This document shows, piece after piece, positions 30,268 through 39,224 of a stretch of 64,000 nucleotides of DNA. Numbering within the stretch: position 1 is the stretch's first letter; every line of letters begins with the position of its first letter. The stretch spans positions 32,837 through 96,836 of the forward strand of contig JAUWNJ010000010.1 in assembly GCA_030612725.1 (NCBI GenBank). Reading direction: 5' to 3'. The notes beneath the pieces are model-generated. The model was not told the origin of the DNA and made no database searches. It was given only the letters and a program-made list of their open reading frames with translations. The position numbers and the translations under genes were made by a program. The stretch is from Planctomycetales bacterium. Its GTDB lineage: Bacteria; Planctomycetota; Phycisphaerae; SM23-33.

Positions 30268-30417
30268 CAGCCGGTACGTCAAATCGTGGGTCGTAAAATT
30301 ATCTTGATTATTTTACGATTGTGTCGATAATAGTCCTGTTGTGAAACTGGGGTTATCTGGAGTTATCCAGCCTACTTGACTTTCTTCATCAAGCACCCAA
30401 CCATCCCATTTTATTCC

Positions 30418-31530
30418 CTAGCCTATCGAGCAGAAGCTAGTGGACCATTCGTTCCAGTGCTGGTTCGTTGGAGCCTGGCACATCTTTTCGATGAGAGCAG
30501 CGGGAAGAAACTCAAGGGGCCAGCAACGCGGTTTTCCACATCCGGCTTGGATAAGTCCGCTTTGGAGCATGTCCCAGACCATTTTCTTGAGTTGCGGGTT
30601 GCTCCAAGCCAGCTTGTACAACAACGAAACGATAAAGCACCCTATAGGACTGACTCCCGAAAGGCCAAAGTAGCTTGCGCTCACTTTGGGCCTGAATATT
30701 TCCCCCATTCCTGGCGGGTCAGGCGGCTTTGGCTTCCCGCCAAAGAACTCTGCCTCTGTGACTTCCCTGCCTCCTGCTCCATCGAGGACACAGTACTTGC
30801 TCTCATGCCTAGGCCTAGCCTCATGAAGCCAGATCGACTTCTCTGATATCCAGGTGCCAAGGTCCGCAACGCAAACCCAGTCCAGCATTTCACGTGGGTG
30901 CCGGACCTCCCCCAGGGCTTTGTCCAATCCTCTAAAAACGTTCTTTGCGGGGGTTGAACTCTCACTCTTCCAATGATGTGAATGGGCCAAGAGACCGTAT
31001 GAGATTCGAGAATGCAATTCGCGGTAGGGACTTCCGTTCATAAGACAATGCTGCTTGATCTCGCTGCATTTCGCTCTTGCCTCAGCGATATGCTTGGCGG
31101 TTAAGGTCAGCTTGCACTCGAACGCGGCCAGCACGCCCCCTGCCAGGTATCGCTTGCCCTCTCTCAGTTTCTCCGGGTAGCACGGATTCAGGATCACAAC
31201 ATCAACCTGAGGGCTTGAGTACCCATCGGGAAAGACGATACGCCCTTTCGTCTCGACGGGATACTCCGAGGGAAGCCACGCAGAAAGCAATTGCTGCCAA
31301 TTCCCTTCACTGTCATCACCCGCTGTCCCAGGATCCTCACGGACCGATGTCTGGATACGCTTATAGTGCGCATCCATCTCGGACGTGGCCTGTCGCATGA
31401 AGTGAGCTATATCGGAATCCGGCCGCCGGATGAACTTTGACACAAAGGCACTGCCTACGGCGATTTGCGGCGGCTCGTCTCGGTGTTCCGGTGGGGTGTC
31501 CATGCTTGGCATCCTTCCAGCATTATACAT
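30418..31530 (-). CDS. PD-(D/E)xK (restriction-endonuclease-like) nuclease-fold protein, uncharacterised
   Basis: PQVDVVILNP...LAAFECKLT gives a D...ExK arrangement on a beta-strand-like context. The MYNAG start at 31530 is preceded by ggagagg. Confidence 0.45.
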   Translation of the reverse strand: MYNAGRMPSMDTPPEHRDEPPQIAVGSAFVSKFIRRPDSDIAHFMRQATSEMDAHYKRIQTSVREDPGTAGDDSEGNWQQLLSAWLPSEYPVETKGRIVFPDGYSSPQVDVVILNPCYPEKLREGKRYLAGGVLAAFECKLTLTAKHIAEARAKCSEIKQHCLMNGSPYRELHSRISYGLLAHSHHWKSESSTPAKNVFRGLDKALGEVRHPREMLDWVCVADLGTWISEKSIWLHEARPRHESKYCVLDGAGGREVTEAEFFGGKPKPPDPPGMGEIFRPKVSASYFGLSGVSPIGCFIVSLLYKLAWSNPQLKKMVWDMLQSGLIQAGCGKPRCWPLEFLPAALIEKMCQAPTNQHWNEWSTSFCSIG

Positions 31531-31654
31531 GACCTCTCCCGTCCCCACAACCCCGACTCGTAACAACCCCACCGTCCCGGTTGTTCGGTTGTTTTCAAAT
31601 TAACCCAAACATTAGTGGGTAAGTTTAGGATTTCTCCTATCGTCTAGAACGTCA

Positions 31655-31683
31655 TTGACAATCTGCCACCCGCGTGAGATATT
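31655..31683 (+). promoter_or_regulatory. Sigma70-like promoter TTGACA-17-GATATT upstream of the small HNH gene
   Basis: ttgaca at 31655-31660, a 17-nt spacer, gatatt at 31678-31683; aaggag RBS at 31702-31707; ATG at 31714. Confidence 0.45.
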
Positions 31684-31713
31684 GTCGGTGGCTTTTAGGA
31701 AAGGAGCGTAACG

Positions 31714-31977
31714 ATGACCTATCCATTTATTGAGGCTGATGAGGTCTTAAAGTCGGCGGTATGGGCAAAAGGTAAGCCGATTCCAGATTACGATGCGGAC
31801 GTGTGGCGCCGGGATGTACGTGGGACAGCGATGAAGTACTCCGAGCATGGAAACACTGATTCTAAACACGGGTGGGAGATTGATCATATCATCCCGGTGG
31901 CTAAAGGTGGGCCCGACGATCTAGACAACTTACAGCCGCTACAGTGGCAAAATAATAGGACGAAGGGGGATTCCTAG
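31714..31977 (+). CDS. Small HNH endonuclease (87 aa)
   Basis: GWEIDHIIPVAKGGPDDLDNLQPLQWQNNRTKG is a classic HNH motif. Confidence 0.65.
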   Translation: MTYPFIEADEVLKSAVWAKGKPIPDYDADVWRRDVRGTAMKYSEHGNTDSKHGWEIDHIIPVAKGGPDDLDNLQPLQWQNNRTKGDS

Positions 31978-32000
31978 TTGGATTAAACCGGTTTGATACG

Positions 32001-32186
32001 TCAGGACACATTAGTTGACTTGGCGAACTTTTGCCGCATCTGTCGCTCCCAATCAGATTCTGTCGCCTTTAAGAAGTCTGAGAATAATGGAAACTCTGCC
32101 TTACTTTTCTCATATTCGGCAACGATACTTTCCTGAATGCGACGTTTCATCTTGACGCAATCAAATGTCTTCATTTTCGTCGCCAT
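32001..32186 (-). CDS. Small hypothetical protein (61 aa) whose 3' end is duplicated at the other cassette border
   Basis: ORF-track ORF. AT-rich. No family. Confidence 0.3.
   Translation of the reverse strand: MATKMKTFDCVKMKRRIQESIVAEYEKSKAEFPLFSDFLKATESDWERQMRQKFAKSTNVS
32009..32059. repeat. 51-nt direct repeat, copy 2 (forms the 3' end of the small ORF on the minus strand)
   Basis: Matches 30217-30267. Encodes ...KATESDWERQMRQKFAK on the minus strand in both copies. Confidence 0.7.
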
Positions 32187-32348
32187 ACACGCGAATCCTG
32201 CGCATTACATTCTCCCTGTCCCAAGGCTACAGGTATTTCGGGGACAAATCAATCCGCCACTGTTGTTCCGCTTGATTCTTGATTTGTCCGGCGAATCCTG
32301 ATATGTAGTGCTGCTTCGAGATTGCAGCAGAACGTACATGAGGAATAG

Positions 32349-33689
32349 TTGAAAATGCCATTTATCGCCAATACAGATGAGCAGCGTGAGCAGATGCTCA
32401 ACGAGTCGGGCATGAGCGCCGAGGACCTTTTCGCCGATATTCCCGCCGATTTGCGATGCGAGCGGCTGAAAATTGGACGCGGTTTGAGCGAGCAGGAAGT
32501 CCGTCGGCACATGGCGGCGCTGTCGGACAAGAACGCGTCGGGGCTTATCAGTTTTCTCGGCGGGGGGTTCTACGACCACTTCGTACCGGCGGCCGTCGAT
32601 GCAATGGCCTCCCGAAGCGAGTTTTACACCGCGTACACGCCGTATCAGCCTGAAGTCTCGCAGGGAACGCTCCAGGCGATTTATGAATATCAATCCGCGA
32701 TATGCCGGCTTACGGAAATGGAAGTCGCCAACGCCTCGCTCTACGACGGCGGAACGGCTGTCTATGAAGCCGTGATGATGGCGATGCGGATTACCCGGCG
32801 AAATCGCGTTATCGTCGATGAGACCGTCAACCCGGTCTATCGAAAGATGCTGCGGTCGTACACGACCAACCTCGGTATCGAGTTCGTCCAGACGTCCTGG
32901 CACGACGGCCTGGCCGACCGCGAGAAAATCGCGGCAGAATTGAATGACCAGACGGCTGCGGTTGTCGTTCAGAATCCGAACTTCTTTGGCTGTCTCGACG
33001 ATTTCGCCGACCTGGCCGATGCCGCCCACAAGCACGGCGCATTGTTGATTGTATCGTGTTATCCGATTTCGCTGGGCATGGTCCAGACGCCGGGGCAGAT
33101 GGGGGCCGACATAGTCGTCGGCGAGGGTCAGAGCCTGGGTCTGGCGTTGTCCTTCGGCGGTCCTTACCTGGGGTTCATGGCCACTCGCAAAAAATTCGTC
33201 CGCAAGATGCCCGGAAGGGTCGTCGGGCGCACTGTCGATAGCGAAGGGCGGGGCGGATTCGTCCTGACGCTCCAGACCCGCGAGCAGCACATCCGGCGCG
33301 AGAAGGCCATGTCGAACATCTGCACGAACGAGGGCTTGTGCGCCCTGACGGCGACGATTTACCTGAGCCTTCTCGGAAAGGAGGGTTTGCGTGAACTTGC
33401 CCAGACCTGCGCCGACAAGGCCAACTACGCACAGAAGCGCCTGCTGGAAATACCCGGCGTAACGACGCATTTCCCCAACCGCTGGTACTTCAATGAATTC
33501 GTCCTGAGGCTGCCGGTTGCGTCGGCCCAGAGGGTTATCCGCCGATTGCTGGAGCGGGGAATCTCGGCTGGTTTCCCGTTATCGAGATACTACGACGATA
33601 TGGAAAACTCGCTGCTGGTGGCAGTTACCGAAAAACGCACAAAAGAGCAGATCGACCTGCTGGCGCACGCACTGGAGGTGTCGCTGTGA
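32349..33689 (+). CDS. gcvPA: Glycine dehydrogenase (decarboxylating) subunit 1
   Basis: N-terminal P-protein pattern (FIANTDEQREQML...FLGGGFYDHFVPAAVD...YTPYQPEVSQGTLQAI). Confidence 0.85.
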   Translation: MKMPFIANTDEQREQMLNESGMSAEDLFADIPADLRCERLKIGRGLSEQEVRRHMAALSDKNASGLISFLGGGFYDHFVPAAVDAMASRSEFYTAYTPYQPEVSQGTLQAIYEYQSAICRLTEMEVANASLYDGGTAVYEAVMMAMRITRRNRVIVDETVNPVYRKMLRSYTTNLGIEFVQTSWHDGLADREKIAAELNDQTAAVVVQNPNFFGCLDDFADLADAAHKHGALLIVSCYPISLGMVQTPGQMGADIVVGEGQSLGLALSFGGPYLGFMATRKKFVRKMPGRVVGRTVDSEGRGGFVLTLQTREQHIRREKAMSNICTNEGLCALTATIYLSLLGKEGLRELAQTCADKANYAQKRLLEIPGVTTHFPNRWYFNEFVLRLPVASAQRVIRRLLERGISAGFPLSRYYDDMENSLLVAVTEKRTKEQIDLLAHALEVSL

Positions 33690-35134
33690 AACTCATTTTT
33701 GAAAAATCGGTTCCTGGTCGGCGTGCGTATCGGCCCGCCGATAACGACATTGACGCGCCGGCGCGAATCCCGAAGAATTTCCTGCGCGACCGGCCAGCCG
33801 ATCTTCCGGAACTGTCCGAACTGGACGTAGTGCGACACTTTACCGAACTGTCGAACAGGAACTTCGGCGTCGATACGGGCTTCTACCCGCTCGGCTCGTG
33901 CACAATGAAATACAACCCCAAGGTAACCGAGCGCATCAGCCACTATCCGGGGTTCGTGCACTTACATCCGCTGCTGCCGCAACTTCCCGGCGGGGAAATG
34001 CTCGTCCAGGGGGCGCTGGCTGTGTTGCACGACACTGACATGATGTTGCGCGAAATCTGCGGAATGGCCGCCTTTACAATGCAGCCTCTGGCAGGAGCAC
34101 ACGGCGAACTGACCGGTTCGATGATTATCGCGGCCTATCACGCAGACAAGGGCAACGACAAGACGACCATCCTTATCCCCGACAGCTCGCACGGGACCAA
34201 CCCGGCAAGCGCCGCCACCGCAGGATACGACGTGCAAACGGTCCCGTCCGACGATACCGGCGTGATGGACATTGACGCCCTGGCAGAAGTGATGAACGAC
34301 AAGGTCGCAGCCGTCATGCTCACCTGCCCCAATACACTTGGCCTGTTCAATCCGCGAATAAAAGAAATCTGCAAAATGGCCCACGATGTTGACGCACTGG
34401 TGTACTACGACGGAGCGAACCTCAACGCTCTGCTGGGACGATGCCGGCCCGGCGACATCGGATTCGACCTTGTGCACGTGAATTTGCACAAAACCTTCGC
34501 CACACCCCACGGCGGCGGCGGGCCTGGAGCAGGACCGGTCGGAGTCTGCGAAAAACTCATCCCATTCCTGCCAACCTCCGTCATCGCCGACAAACCAGAC
34601 GGGTCGTACTGGCTGGACTACGACAGACCAAAATCCATCGGGTATATCGCGCCGTTCTACGGAAACTTCGCCGTCATACTCAAAGCCTACATATATACCC
34701 TCATGCTGGGGACAGACGGGCTGGAGCGGGTCTCGGAAAACGCCGTGCTTAACGCCAATTACGTCAAAGAAAAACTCAAAGCCCATTTCGACCTGCCATT
34801 CGGACAGACCTGCAAACATGAGTTCGTTCTGTCGGCGTCGCGCCAGGCCAAAAACGGCGTCCGGGCGCTGGACATCGCCAAGGCCTTGATTGACCGGGGT
34901 TTCCACCCGCCGACGGTTTATTTCCCGTTAATCGTCCACGAAGCGATGATGATCGAGCCGACAGAAACCGAAAGCAAAGAGACGCTCGACACCTTCATCG
35001 CCGCGATGATCGAGATCGCCGAACTCGCCCAAAGCAACCCGGAAGAATTAACCGGATGCCCGCGAACGACGCCGGTCGGAAGACTCGACGAAACACTCGC
35101 AGCACGAAAACCAGATTTGGCGTCTTTGGAGTGA
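33686..35134 (+). CDS. gcvPB: Glycine dehydrogenase (decarboxylating) subunit 2
   Basis: GSCTMKYNPKV ... PLAGAHGELTG ... DSSHGTNPASA, the PLP-dependent P-protein C-terminal subunit. Overlaps the gcvPA stop by 4 nt. Confidence 0.85.
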   Translation: MKLIFEKSVPGRRAYRPADNDIDAPARIPKNFLRDRPADLPELSELDVVRHFTELSNRNFGVDTGFYPLGSCTMKYNPKVTERISHYPGFVHLHPLLPQLPGGEMLVQGALAVLHDTDMMLREICGMAAFTMQPLAGAHGELTGSMIIAAYHADKGNDKTTILIPDSSHGTNPASAATAGYDVQTVPSDDTGVMDIDALAEVMNDKVAAVMLTCPNTLGLFNPRIKEICKMAHDVDALVYYDGANLNALLGRCRPGDIGFDLVHVNLHKTFATPHGGGGPGAGPVGVCEKLIPFLPTSVIADKPDGSYWLDYDRPKSIGYIAPFYGNFAVILKAYIYTLMLGTDGLERVSENAVLNANYVKEKLKAHFDLPFGQTCKHEFVLSASRQAKNGVRALDIAKALIDRGFHPPTVYFPLIVHEAMMIEPTETESKETLDTFIAAMIEIAELAQSNPEELTGCPRTTPVGRLDETLAARKPDLASLE

Positions 35135-35157
35135 TATCCTGTCCGACTTTAATGATG

Positions 35158-35260
35158 GGTGCCATGCTTTCGCCCGCAGCGCAGCGGAGGGCGTAAGCAT
35201 GTTGTGGCGTAAATCATGCCTACACGCTTCGCTGCGCTGCGCGTGAAGGCATGGCACCCT
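35158..35260. repeat. About 28-nt imperfect inverted repeat (gggtgccatgctttcgcccgcagcgcagcg / cgctgcgctgcgcgtgaaggcatggcaccc) forming a long intergenic hairpin
   Basis: Read directly from the sequence between gcvPB and lpd. Confidence 0.5.
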
Positions 35261-35277
35261 GCACTAGGGATACTGTT

Positions 35278-36648
35278 ATGGGAAATTACGACGTAGTTAT
35301 TCTCGGCGGGGGTCCGGGCGGATACGCCGCCGCTTTGCGAGCGGCCTTGCGCGGCGCGAAGGTCTGCTGCGTCGAAATGGGACACATCGGCGGAACCTGC
35401 CTGAACGTCGGATGCATTCCCACCAAGGCAATGCTCCACGCAAGCGAGATTTTTCATCAGAGCAACCACGCATCCGCTTTCGGACTGAATTGTTCCTGCG
35501 TCGGCGTGGACGGTCGGGAATACATGGCCCGCGTCGCAAAAGTCGTCGCCGGACTGCGAAAGGGCGTCGAAGGACTGCTCAAGGCCCGTAAGGTGGACGT
35601 TCTCCGAGGCAAGGGGCGATTGACCGCTCCGGATACCATATCCGTCGAAACCGACAATGGCTCCGAGCAGGTCAAAGCACGTTCGATTATCATCGCCACG
35701 GGTTCGTCGCCCGCACGCCCCGGCTTCCTGCCATGGGATTCGCCGCGAATAATGACCACCAACGAAGCCACCACCGCCGAGAGCCTTCCCGAAAGCGTTA
35801 TTATCATCGGTGGAGGCGTTATCGGGTGCGAATTCGCAACCGTCTATTCCGAACTGGGCATCGAAACGACCGTTATCGAGATGCTCGACAGACTTGTGGC
35901 AAACCTCGACGCCGAAGCATCAAAGATAATCGCCCGAAGCCTCAAGAAACGCGGCGCGACCGTCCTGACCGGAAGCAAAATCGTCAGCGTCAAAGCAGAC
36001 GATTCGAGCGTTACAGTCGAAACCGAAGATGGAAAAATCATCGAAGCCGACTACGCAATTGCAGCTGTCGGGCGAATACCCAATACCGAAGACATCAGCG
36101 CCGAAGATATTGGTGTGGAAATGGACGGCGGAATCATTCGCGTTGATGACCGCTGCCGGACGAATGTCGAGGGCGTCTATGCCGTCGGCGATGTGGCTGA
36201 GACTCGCCAGTACGCCCATCTTGCGACTCGAATGGGCATCGTCGCAGCCGACAACGCCACGGGAAACGACGCCCGCGACGACCGGACAATCGTACCGGCG
36301 GGCGTCTATACGCACCCGGAAGTCGCCGCCGTCGGAGAGACCGAAGAGAAAGGCGAAAATGTCCGCGTATCGGCATTTCCGCTCCGCGCCAGTGGTATTG
36401 CACACGCCTACGGCGAGATTGACGGACAGGTAAAAATTGTCGCCGACGCCGAAACCGGAAAAATCCTCGGCTCGCTGGTTATCGGTCCGCACGCCACCGA
36501 CGTTATCGCCGAAATCGCACTGGCGATGCGGTATGGGCTGACCGTTGAGAATATCGCCGAGACCATCCACGCTCATCCGACCTTCGCCGAAGCCGTCGCC
36601 GAAGCATCCGAAGCGTGGCTGGGACTACCGTTACACACATTGCGATAA
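35278..36648 (+). CDS. lpdA: Dihydrolipoyl dehydrogenase (L protein)
   Basis: MGNYDVVILGGGPGGYAAALRAA...GGTCLNVGCIPTKAM contains the FAD-binding and redox-disulfide motifs. Confidence 0.85.
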   Translation: MGNYDVVILGGGPGGYAAALRAALRGAKVCCVEMGHIGGTCLNVGCIPTKAMLHASEIFHQSNHASAFGLNCSCVGVDGREYMARVAKVVAGLRKGVEGLLKARKVDVLRGKGRLTAPDTISVETDNGSEQVKARSIIIATGSSPARPGFLPWDSPRIMTTNEATTAESLPESVIIIGGGVIGCEFATVYSELGIETTVIEMLDRLVANLDAEASKIIARSLKKRGATVLTGSKIVSVKADDSSVTVETEDGKIIEADYAIAAVGRIPNTEDISAEDIGVEMDGGIIRVDDRCRTNVEGVYAVGDVAETRQYAHLATRMGIVAADNATGNDARDDRTIVPAGVYTHPEVAAVGETEEKGENVRVSAFPLRASGIAHAYGEIDGQVKIVADAETGKILGSLVIGPHATDVIAEIALAMRYGLTVENIAETIHAHPTFAEAVAEASEAWLGLPLHTLR

Positions 36649-36651
36649 ATA

Positions 36652-38334
36652 ATGTCGAAATTGATTTATTCAGACCTCGGACGCAAATCCTACGAATCGG
36701 CGTTGGTGATTCAACGCCGGTTACTGGAAGAGGTAAAGGCCGACGAGAACTCACCGGCGTATCTCCTGCTCCTCGAGCACGACCCGCCGGTTATAACGCT
36801 TGGTCGGAGCGCCGAGAGCGAGCATCTCCTTGCCTCGCCGGAGCGCCTGGAGCGCGAGGGCGTCGAGGTCCATAAATCCGCTCGCGGCGGGGATGTAACC
36901 TACCACGGTCCGGGACAACTGGTGGGATACCCGATTATGCAAGTTGCAAGTCGGGGAAGGAGCGTCCACGGGTACGTCCGCGACCTGGAAGAAGTCCTCA
37001 TCCGCCTGTTGGGACGCTTCGGCCTGAAGGGCCGACGGCGTAAGGGCCTCACCGGCGTATGGGTCGGCGACGAGAAAATCGCCGCTATAGGCGTAGCCGT
37101 CAGTCGATGGGTCGCCTGGCATGGGTTCGCGCTGAACGTCTCGACGGACCTGTCGCATTTCGATTTCATCGTGCCCTGCGGCATCGACGGGTGCAAAGTA
37201 ACCAGCATGGAGAAACTTCTCGCATCAGAAGTCTCAATTCAGGAAGTGAAACAACAGTTGGTAGAATGTCTGGTCGAGGTGTTCGGATTCGAACCTGTAG
37301 GCTGGAACGGAGCGAAGCGGAGTCCCACCTCAATTTCTACTCCGTCCCAGCCTACAAGTCGCGGACGGTTTCCTGTGTGGTTGCGTCGGCGTATTCCGCC
37401 TGCCGGCAGGAGCGCCGAGGTGCGGCGACTACTGGCCGATTTGAAACTCGAAACGGTCTGCTCCAGTGCGAACTGCCCGAACATGTCGGAATGTTTCGGT
37501 CGCGGCACTGCTACATTTATGATCCTCGGAAACACCTGCACCCGCTCATGCCGATTCTGCGCGGTTCCGACCGGAAAACCCGCAATGCCGCGAGATGACG
37601 AACCGGCCGCAGTGGCAGAGGCATCCGAGCGGCTTGGCCTGAAGCACGTCGTAATTACTTCAGTAACCCGCGACGACTTGCCCGACGGCGGGGCAGGACA
37701 CTTCGCCAAAACCATCCGCGCCGTCCAGGCCCGCCTTTCGCAAACCACAATAGAAGTCCTCACGCCCGACTTCGGTGGCGACGAAGCCGCAATTGACACC
37801 GTCCTTGCCGCCCGGCCTGACGTTTTCAACCACAATATCGAAACCGTTCCGCGTTTGTATTCGCATGTCCGCCCGCAGGCCCGGTACAAACGCAGCCTCG
37901 ACGTGCTCAAATATGCAAGCAGCAGGCTGGCCCGGGGTGGAGCAGGTAGGCTGGGCCAGAGCGGAGCGGAGTCCCACCTTCCTTATGCAAACGAACAAAA
38001 TGCAGAACAAAGGTGGGACTCCGCTTCGCTCCGGCCCAGCCTACGGAAACTCTTTACCAAGAGCGGTCTGATGGTGGGTCTGGGCGAAACTATCGACGAA
38101 ATCCGCGACGTGATGCGGGATTTGCGCAAGGCAGGGTGCAACATTCTGACCATCGGCCAATACCTCGCGCCGTCGCCGGAGCACGTACCGATAGCCCGAT
38201 TCGTCGAACCGTCCGAATTTGACGCCATGCGAACCGAAGCGCTGGCGATGGGCTTTACCGCCGTCGCCGCCGGACCCTTCGTTAGAAGCAGTTACCGCGC
38301 TGAAGAGGTTTTGAAAAAGCAAGCGGCCTTATAA
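36652..38334 (+). CDS. lipB-lipA: Fused octanoyltransferase (LipB) and lipoyl synthase (LipA) single ORF, carrying in-frame palindromic element insertions
   Basis: N-terminus matches LipB (VITLGRS...[19 protein letters not shown]). The C-terminus matches LipA ([29 protein letters not shown] ... [22 protein letters not shown] ... [11 protein letters not shown]). The junction and an internal loop contain copies of a repeat element. Confidence 0.65.
   Translation: MSKLIYSDLGRKSYESALVIQRRLLEEVKADENSPAYLLLLEHDPPVITLGRSAESEHLLASPERLEREGVEVHKSARGGDVTYHGPGQLVGYPIMQVASRGRSVHGYVRDLEEVLIRLLGRFGLKGRRRKGLTGVWVGDEKIAAIGVAVSRWVAWHGFALNVSTDLSHFDFIVPCGIDGCKVTSMEKLLASEVSIQEVKQQLVECLVEVFGFEPVGWNGAKRSPTSISTPSQPTSRGRFPVWLRRRIPPAGRSAEVRRLLADLKLETVCSSANCPNMSECFGRGTATFMILGNTCTRSCRFCAVPTGKPAMPRDDEPAAVAEASERLGLKHVVITSVTRDDLPDGGAGHFAKTIRAVQARLSQTTIEVLTPDFGGDEAAIDTVLAARPDVFNHNIETVPRLYSHVRPQARYKRSLDVLKYASSRLARGGAGRLGQSGAESHLPYANEQNAEQRWDSASLRPSLRKLFTKSGLMVGLGETIDEIRDVMRDLRKAGCNILTIGQYLAPSPEHVPIARFVEPSEFDAMRTEALAMGFTAVAAGPFVRSSYRAEEVLKKQAAL
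37946..38044. repeat. 99-nt palindromic REP/MITE-like element (35-nt arms gtaggctgggccRgagcgRagcggagtcccacctt) inserted in-frame inside the LipA-coding region
   Basis: Arms at 37946-37980 and 38010-38044 are reverse complements with 2 mismatches. The encoded extra peptide is roughly [37 protein letters not shown], located between conserved LipA blocks. Confidence 0.6.
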
Positions 38335-39210
38335 CTCCAACAGTCTTATGACGTTTTCGCGCGCGACTTTCTGGAAAATTTCCTCGCTGATTCTCTTTTC
38401 ATCGCGGAATTTCAGCAGCAAATCGACCAGCGGCGTCGGCGTTCCGGGCGCACAGATGTCCGTACCGAACATCAGCCGATCCTGGAATTCGTCGAGGAAT
38501 TTCGCGGCATAGTCAGGGTCGCGCGCAAGGGCGTTGCATCCGCTGTTGGCCGATAAGTCGCCGTAAAGGTTCGGATACCGCCGGAAGAGTTTGGGTATGA
38601 CGCCCTCTTCTTTGACGGGATAATTCGGATACCCGTCGCGGTCGGCGGGTGTGGCGAGCGGGGACATCTCCGCCCAGAACACCTGCGAGTGCCCGAAGAA
38701 TTTCAGGTCGGGAAACGTCTGTAGCGACCTTTCCAGTTGCGGCAGACCCGGATCGTCGTACAGGCCGTAGGTCCCGCCTATCTTCGCGCTTATGTGGAAC
38801 GTCAACGGGAAACCGACCTCCTGGACGTGCTTAAAAAGGTTCTGCACCATCAGGTCGCCGAATGGCAGGTTGGCGGTAACTTCGCCGACGCCCTTGCATC
38901 CCAGGTCGCGGTAGTAGCGGAGAATTTTGCCAAGCGGCGCATCGGGCGAATTGGTCATAGCACGCGGGTCAAGGTTGCAGAACGGAACGAACCGACCGGG
39001 GTACTTCCGGCATATCTCGATAATCTCTTCGTTGGCCTGCGGCGCAAAGACGCATTCGGGGCTGACCCCAGGCAGCAGGATCCCCTTTTCGATACCGACC
39101 GCATCATGGCGTTTGATGAGGTCTTCGGGCATGGTATAGGGCGTTTCCCGTCTCTCGTCGCGTGGCGGTCCTGGGAACATTCTTGTGTGTCCGTGAACAT
39201 CTATAAACAT
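38329..39210 (-). CDS. Amidohydrolase-2-family metal-dependent hydrolase (TIM barrel)
   Basis: MFIDVHGH start motif (the metal-binding HxH) and a downstream pattern consistent with an amidohydrolase-2 fold. Internal ATG chosen as start. Confidence 0.5.
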   Translation of the reverse strand: MFIDVHGHTRMFPGPPRDERRETPYTMPEDLIKRHDAVGIEKGILLPGVSPECVFAPQANEEIIEICRKYPGRFVPFCNLDPRAMTNSPDAPLGKILRYYRDLGCKGVGEVTANLPFGDLMVQNLFKHVQEVGFPLTFHISAKIGGTYGLYDDPGLPQLERSLQTFPDLKFFGHSQVFWAEMSPLATPADRDGYPNYPVKEEGVIPKLFRRYPNLYGDLSANSGCNALARDPDYAAKFLDEFQDRLMFGTDICAPGTPTPLVDLLLKFRDEKRISEEIFQKVARENVIRLLEL

Positions 39211-39224
39211 TGGTGCTGCTCCTT

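Larger units (their letters stand above)
30217..32059. mobile_element. Direct-repeat-flanked 1.8-kb low-GC cassette carrying a PD-(D/E)xK nuclease-like gene and a small HNH nuclease gene, inserted within the gcv cluster
   Basis: 51-nt direct repeats at both ends, and a visible GC drop. Contains the ORFs 30418..31530(-) and 31714..31977(+). No integrase or transposase is present. Confidence 0.45.
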
